From an uncultured Gemmatimonadales bacterium (GTDB lineage Bacteria; Gemmatimonadota; Gemmatimonadetes; Longimicrobiales; RSA9), in contig CAVUKA010000001.1 of the NCBI GenBank assembly GCA_963741945.1, forward strand, positions 1 to 64,000: 64,000 nucleotides of DNA. Reading direction: 5' to 3'. The translations under genes and the position numbers were made by a program. The notes under the pieces are model-generated. The model was not told where the DNA came from, made no database searches, and saw nothing but the letters and a program-made list of their open reading frames with translations. Position 1 is the stretch's first letter. Every line of letters starts with the position of its first letter. Of this stretch, positions 56,186 through 64,000 are shown piece by piece.

Positions 56186-57219
56186 GGCTGTACTTCCTTC
56201 CGGATGGCAATTCGGCTCAGTGCGCCCAGGTCCCCGGCGCCGCTGCAAAGCATGGCTACACGCAATTCCTGCACGATACGGCGGATCCGGTCTTCCACGG
56301 CGGCCGCGGACTCCCGGGCAGGTCCCAGGAACGGCTGGGCGAGTCCGGCGAGGGAAGCGCCCAGGGCCACGGCCTTGGCCACGTCAATGCCAGTGCGCAC
56401 ACCGCCACTGCCGATCACCGTGAGGCCCTCGATGGCGGCCACCTGTCGGATGGCGTCGGGCGTGGGAATTCCCCAGCCGGCGAAGCGCTCCCCGAGCTCC
56501 GCGTCGGGCGCGCGCCGGCTCTCGATGCGCGCCCAGCTGGTGCCGCCGAGACCGGCCACGTCCACGACAGTGACGCCCGCCTGCTGGAGCCGGGCCGCGA
56601 CGGGGCCGGAGATGCCGCAGCCGATCTCCTTGGCGATCACCGGGACATCGAGTCCGTCCACGACCTCGGCGATGCGGTCCAGGAGCCCGGTAAAATCCGT
56701 GTCTCCCTCGGGCTGGATCGCTTCCTGTAGGACATTCAGGTGGAGCACGAGGGCGTCCGCGCCGATCATCTCCACGGCCGCGCGGCACTCGTCCACGCCG
56801 TAGCCGTGGTTGAGCTGGACGGCGCCGAGGTTGGCGAGCAGCGGCACGTCCGGCGCCACGGCCCGGACCTGGAACGTCCACGCGAGCGATGGGTCCTCCA
56901 CGGCGGCGCGCTGGGAGCCCACGCCCATGGCAACGCCAGCGGCCTGGGCGGCGGCGGCCAGGTTGCGGTTGATCGAGCCGGCCTCCTCGGTGCCGCCGGT
57001 CATGCACGAGATCACCAGAGGGGCACGCAGAGGTCGACCGAGGAAGGTGGTGCTCGTGTCCACCCCGTTCAGCGCCAGGTCGGGCAGCGCGTCGTGCTCC
57101 AGCCGCCACTGGTCGAAGTAATGGGTCCCCAGCTGATTCCGTCCATCCTGCGCGAGGCGGAGATGCTCCGCCTTCCGCTGCGATGTCGCGGGCTGGAGGT
57201 CCTGCTCCACAGTACTCAT
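56182..57219 (-). CDS. fni: Type 2 isopentenyl-diphosphate isomerase (FMN)
   Basis: 'RKAEHL', 'MTGG', 'GVGSQR', 'HLNVLQE..QPEGD', 'GGTSW'. Confidence 0.93.
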   Translation of the reverse strand: MSTVEQDLQPATSQRKAEHLRLAQDGRNQLGTHYFDQWRLEHDALPDLALNGVDTSTTFLGRPLRAPLVISCMTGGTEEAGSINRNLAAAAQAAGVAMGVGSQRAAVEDPSLAWTFQVRAVAPDVPLLANLGAVQLNHGYGVDECRAAVEMIGADALVLHLNVLQEAIQPEGDTDFTGLLDRIAEVVDGLDVPVIAKEIGCGISGPVAARLQQAGVTVVDVAGLGGTSWARIESRRAPDAELGERFAGWGIPTPDAIRQVAAIEGLTVIGSGGVRTGIDVAKAVALGASLAGLAQPFLGPARESAAAVEDRIRRIVQELRVAMLCSGAGDLGALSRIAIRKEVQP

Positions 57220-57950
57220 GCTCGCTTTCCGCTCAGGCTTTCTTCTGTCCCGACAGCCGGTGCGGCTGCCGCAACGATCTTCGGGATGGCTCTGGCCAGC
57301 GCCCGGCCCCCGGCGCGGGCCCGGCGCGCCAGTCCCAGGAGTGCCGGGATGCGGCCGGGGTGACGCAGGGCGCCGAAGGCCACCGCGGACCGGGAAACCG
57401 CCCCATCCCCACCCTGCGGGGCCTCCAGCCACACGGGGAGGTAGTCATCCACCCCGTCGCTCACCGCCCGCACGGCCAGCCATGGTACACCCTCACCCTC
57501 CGCCGCGTCCACACACGCGGCGGTCTCCAGGTCCACCAACCCCGTAGCGGCGACAGGGATCCCCACGAGCCGGCGCATACGGTCCCGCTCCAGCGGCGTC
57601 CGCGCAAGACCGGTGGCGCTGACCAGAATGGCGTCGGCGAAGCCGGCGCGCCGCGCCCGGTCCAGGATCTCCGCTTCTGGCCGCCGAACGGGCCCGGCCA
57701 CGCGCCGGAGCTCACGGACCACCCGCACCTCCCCGGCGGCCACGGTCCGGGTAAGAGCGCCGGCCAACCCCGCCACCACGAGCAGTCGCGGCCGGTGCTC
57801 GGACAGCAGCCGGCGAGTGCTCGCGGCGGCGGCCCCCGCCCCGTCGCCCGTGGTCGCGACCACGATGTCCCGGTTCGCGCGGAGGGCCCGGCGCACGGGC
57901 CGGGCTTCCTCCGGCAGGGCGGTCACCACGAGCACCGGTCCCGGGGTCAT
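57216..57950 (-). CDS. hpnG: HpnG-like adenosylhopane nucleosidase (PNP/UDP family)
   Basis: 'TALPEEA', 'AGLAGAL', 'VDLETAA', 'VRAVSD'; position in the hpn cluster. Confidence 0.75.
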   Translation of the reverse strand: MTPGPVLVVTALPEEARPVRRALRANRDIVVATTGDGAGAAAASTRRLLSEHRPRLLVVAGLAGALTRTVAAGEVRVVRELRRVAGPVRRPEAEILDRARRAGFADAILVSATGLARTPLERDRMRRLVGIPVAATGLVDLETAACVDAAEGEGVPWLAVRAVSDGVDDYLPVWLEAPQGGDGAVSRSAVAFGALRHPGRIPALLGLARRARAGGRALARAIPKIVAAAAPAVGTEESLSGKRA

Positions 57951-58942
57951 GACGCATACCCCCGCTCCCGGAACCACTGGACCGCCCGCGCGGCGGCATC
58001 CTCCACCGGGTGCTGCGGCAATCCCAGCTCCCGCACGGCGCGGCTCGCGTCGAAGTACATGGGAAGCGCGGACATGCGCACCGCCTCCGCGGTGAGGCGT
58101 GGCTCCCGGCCGCGCACATTCGCCAGGGCGGTCTCGGCGTGGGCGGCCATGAGCGGCATCCAGCGCGGCACTCGCACCCGCGGCGGCTCGAGGCCGGCCA
58201 CCCGGGCCAGCATGGCGAACAGTTCCCGGAACGTGAAGTTGCGCGCGCCCAGAATGTAGCGGCGTCCGGGCGCGCCGTGCTCCTCGGCGAGAATGTGGCC
58301 AGCGGCAACATCCTTCACGTCCACCACATTCAGCCCACCTTCGACGTACGCGGGAATGCGGCCGTTGAGGAAGTCCACCACCATCCTGCCGGTGGGCGTC
58401 GGCTTGGCGTCCCACTCCCCGATCGGCGTGGACGGCGAGACGATGACCACGGGCAGGCCGCGGCGGTTCCAGGCCTCGGCAACCCGCTCCGCCTGGTACT
58501 TGCTCCGCTTGTACGCACCGACGAGCTCGTCGGGATCGGGAAGCGATTCCTCGTCGGCGGGCGACGCGGGCGTCTCGCCTCCCGCGAGCGCGCCCACGGA
58601 GCTCGTGTACACGACGCGCTTCACGCCGGCATCCGCGGCAGCCGCGAGCAGGGCGGCGGTCCCGTCCACGTTGGTGCGGAACACCTCGCGGGCGAGATGC
58701 GCGCCGAAGCGGTAGTCGGCGGCGCAGTGGAAGACGGTGCGCGCCCCGCTCACCGCCGGCGGCAGCGTCTCCGGGCGCGTGAGGTCGCCCTCGACCAGCT
58801 TGACGGGGAGCCCTTCCAGCGCCTCGCGGCTGCTGCCCGGGCGCACCAGGCAGCGCACCGGGTCGCCGCGGTCGACGAGCGCTCGCACCACGTGGGTTCC
58901 GATGAACCCTGTGCCGCCGGTTACGAAGACTGGGGCGGTCAC
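57947..58942 (-). CDS. hpnA: Hopanoid-associated NAD-dependent epimerase/dehydratase
   Basis: 'VTGGTGFIG', 'FHCAADYR', 'YKRSK', 'KPTPTGR'. Confidence 0.88.
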   Translation of the reverse strand: MTAPVFVTGGTGFIGTHVVRALVDRGDPVRCLVRPGSSREALEGLPVKLVEGDLTRPETLPPAVSGARTVFHCAADYRFGAHLAREVFRTNVDGTAALLAAAADAGVKRVVYTSSVGALAGGETPASPADEESLPDPDELVGAYKRSKYQAERVAEAWNRRGLPVVIVSPSTPIGEWDAKPTPTGRMVVDFLNGRIPAYVEGGLNVVDVKDVAAGHILAEEHGAPGRRYILGARNFTFRELFAMLARVAGLEPPRVRVPRWMPLMAAHAETALANVRGREPRLTAEAVRMSALPMYFDASRAVRELGLPQHPVEDAAARAVQWFRERGYAS

Positions 58943-58948
58943 GTCGGC

Positions 58949-59950
58949 TCAAGCAGAGATCTGCCAGAGCGCCATCCTGGCGATGTCACGAGGGCTCCTG
59001 GACACCTCGCGCACGGCGGACGCTTCGAAGCCCGAGTGCATCTTGCAGTTCTGGCACCGGCGGTCCTGTCGCGACTCCCAGTACTCCCAGTCGGTGTTGT
59101 TCCAGAACTCGTCGAAATCGTCGTAGTAGTCCTGCCCGATCAGGTAGCAGGGCGCCTTCCAGCCGCGCGGCGTGTAGGTCACCGTGCTCCACGGCGAGCA
59201 GTCCAGGTCACGCAGGCCGGCGGCGAACTCCATGAAGACGGGCGTGGAGGTGATGGGGTAGCGATCGGCGAACTCGCGCACGCGCTTGAACTTCTCCTCG
59301 ATCTCCTGCCGCGTCATGAAGACGTCCTTCTCCACCGATTCGTAATGGTAACCCGGTGCGATCATCATCCCGTCCACGCCAAGGCTCGTGCACAGCTCGC
59401 AGAGCTCCTCGACCTCATCCACGTCCGTCTGCTTGTAGATCGTGGTGTTGGTCAACGTGTGATAGCCGCGCGCCTTGGACTCCTTGATCATCTCGATGGC
59501 ATGATCGAACACGCCTTCCCGATCCGTCACGAAGTCGTGGGTCTTCCGCATCCCGTCCAGGTGGATATCAATGCTCAGCCGCTTGTTGGGCGGGATCTTG
59601 TCGAAGACCTTGTCCAGCCGCAGCGCGTTCGTGCACAGGAAGATGTGTCGCTTCCGGTCGATGATGCCCTCGATCAGCTCCGGCAGCTCAGGATAGAGCG
59701 TGGGCTCGCCGCCGATCACGGAGACCGCAGGCGCGCCGCTGTCGTCCACAGCCTTCAGCGCCCGGTCCACGGACATGCGATCGGAAAGCTTGCCCGTGTG
59801 CCGCTCGAGGGCACACCCCACACACGCGAGATTGCAGGTGTAGAGCGGTTCGAGCATCAGCACGGATGGATAGCGCTTGTTCCTCTTCAGCGCATTGGAC
59901 ATCTGGTGCTTGATGTTGTCGGCGATCATGTGAGGCGGAAATCGCATCAT
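58949..59950 (-). CDS. hpnH: Adenosyl-hopene transferase, radical SAM
   Basis: 'YPSVLMLEPLYTCNLACVGC', 'FLCTNAL', 'PCYL', 'DRRCQNCKMHSGFE'. Confidence 0.9.
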   Translation of the reverse strand: MMRFPPHMIADNIKHQMSNALKRNKRYPSVLMLEPLYTCNLACVGCALERHTGKLSDRMSVDRALKAVDDSGAPAVSVIGGEPTLYPELPELIEGIIDRKRHIFLCTNALRLDKVFDKIPPNKRLSIDIHLDGMRKTHDFVTDREGVFDHAIEMIKESKARGYHTLTNTTIYKQTDVDEVEELCELCTSLGVDGMMIAPGYHYESVEKDVFMTRQEIEEKFKRVREFADRYPITSTPVFMEFAAGLRDLDCSPWSTVTYTPRGWKAPCYLIGQDYYDDFDEFWNNTDWEYWESRQDRRCQNCKMHSGFEASAVREVSRSPRDIARMALWQISA

Positions 59951-62025
59951 CGGTACTCCTCGGGTTCAACGGATGCCCACCGGGCGAGCGCCAGCAGGGG
60001 GAAATAGTCGTCGTACATGTGGTACTGCAGGTAAAAGACCTTCGGGAACCCGGTCGCGGTCCACGGCTCGTCGTGCCACGATCCGTCCTCGCGCTGTGTG
60101 CGCAGCAGGTAGGCCAGCCCGGCGCGCGCGGAAGCGGAGCCACGGTCTCCGGCGGCGTGCAGCGCCAGGAGCGCCCAGGCGGTCTGTGCGGCGGTGCTGG
60201 GTCCCACACCCCGCCTGCTCCGGTCCCAGTAGGAGGCCTGCGTCTCACCCCAGCCCCCGTCCTCGTTCTGCCGCTCCCGGAACCAGCACCGGCAGCGCGC
60301 CACCGGGCCTGTCTCCACGTCCTCGCCGGCCGCGGCCAGGCCGGTCAGGGCCAGCCAGCTGCCGTAGATGCGGTTGCACCCCCAGCGTCCGTACCAGGTG
60401 CCATCGCTGTCCTGGCGGTCCAGGATGAACGAGACCGCGCGACGGATCACCGGGTGCTGCGGATCCATCCCGTTCGTCACGAGCATGTCGATGATCCGGC
60501 CGGTGATATCGACCGAGCTCGGGTCGAGCATGGCGTTGTGGTCCGCGAAGGGGACGTGGACGAGGGGGCGGAAATCGCAACTGCGGTCGAACGCGCCCCA
60601 CCCCCCGTCGTCGTTCTGCATGGTCAAAAGCCATTCCAGCCCACGGCGGCGGGCGGCGCTGATCCGGTGGACGTCCCCCACCCCGGCCTGATCGAGAGGG
60701 CGGAGCGCTTCCAGCACCTCAGCGGTGTCATCACAATCAGGGTAGAACTCGTTGGCGTACTCGAAATACCATCCGCCGACGGGTCCATCGGGATTGCCGT
60801 AGCGCCAGTCACCGGCGGCCGTCACCTCCCGGTCCAGGAGCCACTCGCTGGCGCGAAGGAGCGCGGGATGGTCCGGCCGGACGCCCGCGGCGCTGAGGGC
60901 GGCCATCGTCTGGGCGGTGTCCCAGACGGGCGAAAGTGATGGCTGCAGCTGGAGCGTGTCGCCGTGGTCGACCTCCAGCTTCTCCATGGCCGCGTGCTGG
61001 GCGGCCAGTGCCGGGTGGTCATCGTCGTAGCCGAGGCAGCGCATGGCCATGATGACATTGGCAATGGACGGGAAGACGGCGCCGAGTCCGTCCGTGCCCT
61101 CGATCCGCTCCAGCATCCAGCTCTCCGCGGCGTCCAGCGCCCTCTGCCGCAGGGGCGTGAAGCGAGCCCGCTCGATCCTTCGAAGGCCCGCGTCCGCCGC
61201 CCGGAAGAACACGCCCCACGCGCGGGCACCGACGCCGAAGTCGGCGTGGATGTCCACGGCCGCGTCGTCGCCATCGGGGTCGTCCGGGTGGGACGGCACG
61301 GTGTCGAGCGCCGGTTCGGCGCCGCCGGTGCGGATGTCGTGGAGCTCCGCGGCGGCCGGGATCGCCACGCGCGGCCGGAACGCCCAGATCACGGAAAGAG
61401 GGACGAAGATGGAGCGGCTCCAGGACGACATCCGGTCCACGTGGAAGGGGAACCAGCGCGGCAGGAGCATCATCTCCGGAGGGATGGCGGGACAGCGATC
61501 CCAGTCCCACTGCCCGAACATGGCCAGGTAGACGTGCGTGTACGTGTTGGCCGCCGGAATCCCGCCCAGCGCCCGGATGACCCCGCGAGCCGTGCGCATG
61601 TGCGGGGCGTCCGGATCCTCACCCTCCAGCTTGAGCGCGAAGTACGCCTTGATGGACGCGCTCACGTCCGGTGGACCGCCGGGGTACATCGCCCAGCCAC
61701 CGTCCTCGGTCTGGAGTCCGCGCAGGCGACGCACCGCCTTCCGGGCCTTCGGTCCACCCCCGCGCCCCAGGAAGTGCTGCATCAGCACGTACTCGGACTC
61801 GAGGATGCTGTCCCCCTCCAGAACGCCGCACCAGTGTCCGTCCGGCTGCTGCTCGCGCAGCAGGTTGTCCCGCGCCCGGCCCACCGCGCTCTCGATCGCG
61901 TCCGCTGCGTCAGTGCCGGCGCGGCTCGCCGTCGCGACCCCGGTCCGCGGCATGGACCACGCGCGGGATCGCTCGACGCCGCCCGGGCGTTCAGTCCGAG
62001 TCTTCTGCACCCGGCGTGAAGCCAT
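59947..62025 (-). CDS. shc: Squalene-hopene cyclase
   Basis: 'YPDCDDTAEV' (DxDD), several QW repeats, 'FADHNAMLDP', 'TGFPKVFYL.Y'. Confidence 0.93.
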   Translation of the reverse strand: MASRRVQKTRTERPGGVERSRAWSMPRTGVATASRAGTDAADAIESAVGRARDNLLREQQPDGHWCGVLEGDSILESEYVLMQHFLGRGGGPKARKAVRRLRGLQTEDGGWAMYPGGPPDVSASIKAYFALKLEGEDPDAPHMRTARGVIRALGGIPAANTYTHVYLAMFGQWDWDRCPAIPPEMMLLPRWFPFHVDRMSSWSRSIFVPLSVIWAFRPRVAIPAAAELHDIRTGGAEPALDTVPSHPDDPDGDDAAVDIHADFGVGARAWGVFFRAADAGLRRIERARFTPLRQRALDAAESWMLERIEGTDGLGAVFPSIANVIMAMRCLGYDDDHPALAAQHAAMEKLEVDHGDTLQLQPSLSPVWDTAQTMAALSAAGVRPDHPALLRASEWLLDREVTAAGDWRYGNPDGPVGGWYFEYANEFYPDCDDTAEVLEALRPLDQAGVGDVHRISAARRRGLEWLLTMQNDDGGWGAFDRSCDFRPLVHVPFADHNAMLDPSSVDITGRIIDMLVTNGMDPQHPVIRRAVSFILDRQDSDGTWYGRWGCNRIYGSWLALTGLAAAGEDVETGPVARCRCWFRERQNEDGGWGETQASYWDRSRRGVGPSTAAQTAWALLALHAAGDRGSASARAGLAYLLRTQREDGSWHDEPWTATGFPKVFYLQYHMYDDYFPLLALARWASVEPEEYR

Positions 62026-62130
62026 GGATCCTCGTCTTTCCGCCTGGAGATCCGCTGATGGCAACTGGTCCTTCGTTCCTGGCCGGCCCCGTCGGCCGGC
62101 TCCACCGGCTCCCAGGGCTCGGCCGACTCC

Positions 62131-62170
62131 AAAAAAAAACGGCGTCCGCGTGGAACACGCCCAGACGCCG
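62131..62170 (-). terminator. Intrinsic terminator (hairpin + U9) upstream of shc
   Basis: CGGCGTC...GACGCCG followed by TTTTTTTTT on the minus strand. Confidence 0.75.
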
Positions 62171-62294
62171 GGGATCGCGGCGCGCCGCCCGTGGGGGGCT
62201 GTCGCGATTTCTGTCACTTCGGAGGCGTGTCAATGCAAGCAGCACGCCAGAAGGCCCTGCCTCGGGACGCGCCCGGATGGATCGGCCTTACCAG

Positions 62295-62651
62295 TCAGGA
62301 CGCGGTCGCCGGGACGAGCACCTGCCACTCCTGGTCGCCGATGGGGAAGAGGAGCTGGTCATAGGGCATGGTTGCGTCCGCGGGCGCGTAGAGCTGCATG
62401 CCTTCGAACTGGCCCACGGGCACGACACTGGGCTGGTGCACGGGCGCTCCCGACGGCAACCACTGGCGGCCGTTGAACTCGACCATCCTCCCCTGCTGCA
62501 CCCACTGGAGCGTGTCGGGGTCGTACGTCTTCACGGCTTCCCCACCGACGGTGGCGTCCGTCGGCCGGGTGTCGCCAGCCTGCTCACGATCACACCCCAC
62601 AACCGCCAGGGCCGTGAGCCCGAGTGCCAGCACACTGGACGTTCGCATCAT
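62295..62651 (-). CDS. Hypothetical small lipoprotein
   Basis: GGAGG RBS; lipobox VVGC. Confidence 0.7.
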   Translation of the reverse strand: MMRTSSVLALGLTALAVVGCDREQAGDTRPTDATVGGEAVKTYDPDTLQWVQQGRMVEFNGRQWLPSGAPVHQPSVVPVGQFEGMQLYAPADATMPYDQLLFPIGDQEWQVLVPATAS

Positions 62652-62740
62652 GTCTCCTCCCTGGAGTTTCGTCGGCGACGAACCCCGCGCAGCTTCCATA
62701 CCGCCGGGGCCGGTACGCTGCGAGGCGGGAGTCTGACGCT

Positions 62741-63229
62741 TCAGACCACGCGCTCGAAGATGCCGGTTTCCCGGTTCTTGCGAACGGCATCCCAGTCGAA
62801 CACGCGCCCGTTCATGACCACATAGACGCCGGCGGGCAGGACCTGTACCGCCGTGAGCGCGCCCCCGAGGTTGAACAGTCCGTCGGAGCTGCCGAACGCG
62901 ATCGGAATCATGGCGCCCGTCAGAACGATGGTCTTATCCGGGACGGAGCGGGCGAGCGCGGCGCCGGTCTCCACCATCGTGTCCGTGCCGTGCGTGACCA
63001 CGATGCGATCCTCCGGACAGTCGCGGCACTGCCGCGCAATGATCTCGCGGTCGCTCTCGGACATGTCGAGCGAGTCCACCATCATGAGCGTCCGGATCTC
63101 CACGTCCACCCTGCACCGCCCCATTTCCAGCATCTCGGGCAGGTGGGTGTCATGGAAGAAGAGACGCCCCCGGATCTCGTCGTATTCCTTGTCGAACGTG
63201 CCGCCGGTCACAAAGAGTCTGATCGCCAT
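62741..63229 (-). CDS. Short asparaginase (N-terminal domain only)
   Basis: 'TGGTFDK', 'DSLDM', 'HGTDTM', 'LTGAMIP'. Confidence 0.85.
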   Translation of the reverse strand: MAIRLFVTGGTFDKEYDEIRGRLFFHDTHLPEMLEMGRCRVDVEIRTLMMVDSLDMSESDREIIARQCRDCPEDRIVVTHGTDTMVETGAALARSVPDKTIVLTGAMIPIAFGSSDGLFNLGGALTAVQVLPAGVYVVMNGRVFDWDAVRKNRETGIFERVV

Positions 63230-63360
63230 GCGGCGGAAGGTAGGCGGGCGCGGCGAGGGTCACAACGGACGTTGATCGCGCTCGCGGGGCCCGAGGCGGT
63301 CCCGGGGATCTGAGGGACCTCACTGGCGGCTCTCCCACACCCGCGGGGACCGCCGGCGGG

Positions 63361-64000
63361 CTACTCCTGGTGGAGGGCATGGACGGGGTCGGTGGCGGCG
63401 GCGCGGTGGGCGGGCAGCCAGCTGGCGAGGACGGCCACGGCTGCCAGGAGGGTGGCCACGGCGAAATACGTGATCGGGTCGACGGGGGCCACGCCGTGGA
63501 GGAGCGAGCGCATGAAGCGGGTGAGCGCCACGGCGGCGGCGGCGCCGAGGACCAGGCCGGTGGCGACGAGGACCATGCCCTCCCGCACCACCATGCGGCT
63601 GACATCGGCGGACGCGGCGCCCAGGGCCATCCGGACGCCGATCTCGCGCGTGCGCTGCGTGACGGAGTAGGAGACCACGCCGTACAGCCCCACGGCCCCC
63701 AGCAGCAGGGCGACGGCGGCGGTGAGGGCGAGCATCACGAGCGTGAACGTCGTCCGGGCGAGCGAGCGCTCGAGCACGCGGCTCATGGGGCGCGGTTCGG
63801 CGAGCGGGAGGTTGGGGTTCACCGTCCAGACGGCCTTCTGCACGCGCGGGAGCAGCCCCGGCATGGCGTCGGCGCGAGCGCGCACCGTATAGACGAGCGA
63901 CGTGGGCACCAGAAGCGGCTGGTCCCAGTAGTCGTTCATCGCCATCGGCCAGTAGACGACGGCCACGGGGTCCTGCTCGAGGCCGTCGTCCCGCACCTCG
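63361..64000 (-). CDS. FtsX/MacB-type ABC permease (ADOP-like), C-terminal part
   Basis: 'GLYGVVSYSVTQRTREIGVRMALGA', 'PAHRAAATDPVHAL'. Runs off the window edge. Confidence 0.85.
   Translation of the reverse strand, partial: EVRDDGLEQDPVAVVYWPMAMNDYWDQPLLVPTSLVYTVRARADAMPGLLPRVQKAVWTVNPNLPLAEPRPMSRVLERSLARTTFTLVMLALTAAVALLLGAVGLYGVVSYSVTQRTREIGVRMALGAASADVSRMVVREGMVLVATGLVLGAAAAVALTRFMRSLLHGVAPVDPITYFAVATLLAAVAVLASWLPAHRAAATDPVHALHQE

Noticed and set aside
59947-62025. Oxidosqualene cyclase / sterol pathway
   Set aside because: The motif is DCDDTA (DxDD, SHC type), not DCTAE; no squalene epoxidase; hpnH/G/A are adjacent.

Overview
GC-rich bacterial chromosome segment (about 70% GC by eye). 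The gene content suggests a diderm (lpxH, rfaE halves, lptE, mlaEFD) and is suggestive of Gemmatimonadota, which is an inference. Left to right: (1) the right end of a probable prophage (1-~2545), abutting a tRNA-Arg/His/Lys cluster in which tRNA-Lys(CTT) survives only as its 5' half; (2) a TetR-led LolA-like/ABC/outer-membrane-protein operon; (3) tRNA-Pro, an unassigned structured RNA-like element, and three large secreted lipoproteins, each preceded by a GEMM-I cyclic-dinucleotide riboswitch (two G20 c-di-GMP type, one A20 predicted 3',3'-cGAMP type); (4) housekeeping genes (rdgB, rph, deoC, lpxH, murI, recX, tRNA-Sec, ridA, mlaEFD); (5) a ~15 kb minus-strand cluster shc-hpnH-hpnA-hpnG-fni-HMGR-mvk-mevalonate-phosphate decarboxylase-IPK-squalene synthase-GT4-mprF. 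The last cluster joins hopanoid biosynthesis to a haloarchaeal/Chloroflexi-type mevalonate route and ends in a glycosyltransferase and a tRNA-dependent lipid aminoacyltransferase; it is the strongest candidate for an undescribed system. All calls come from reading motifs by eye; no searches were run.
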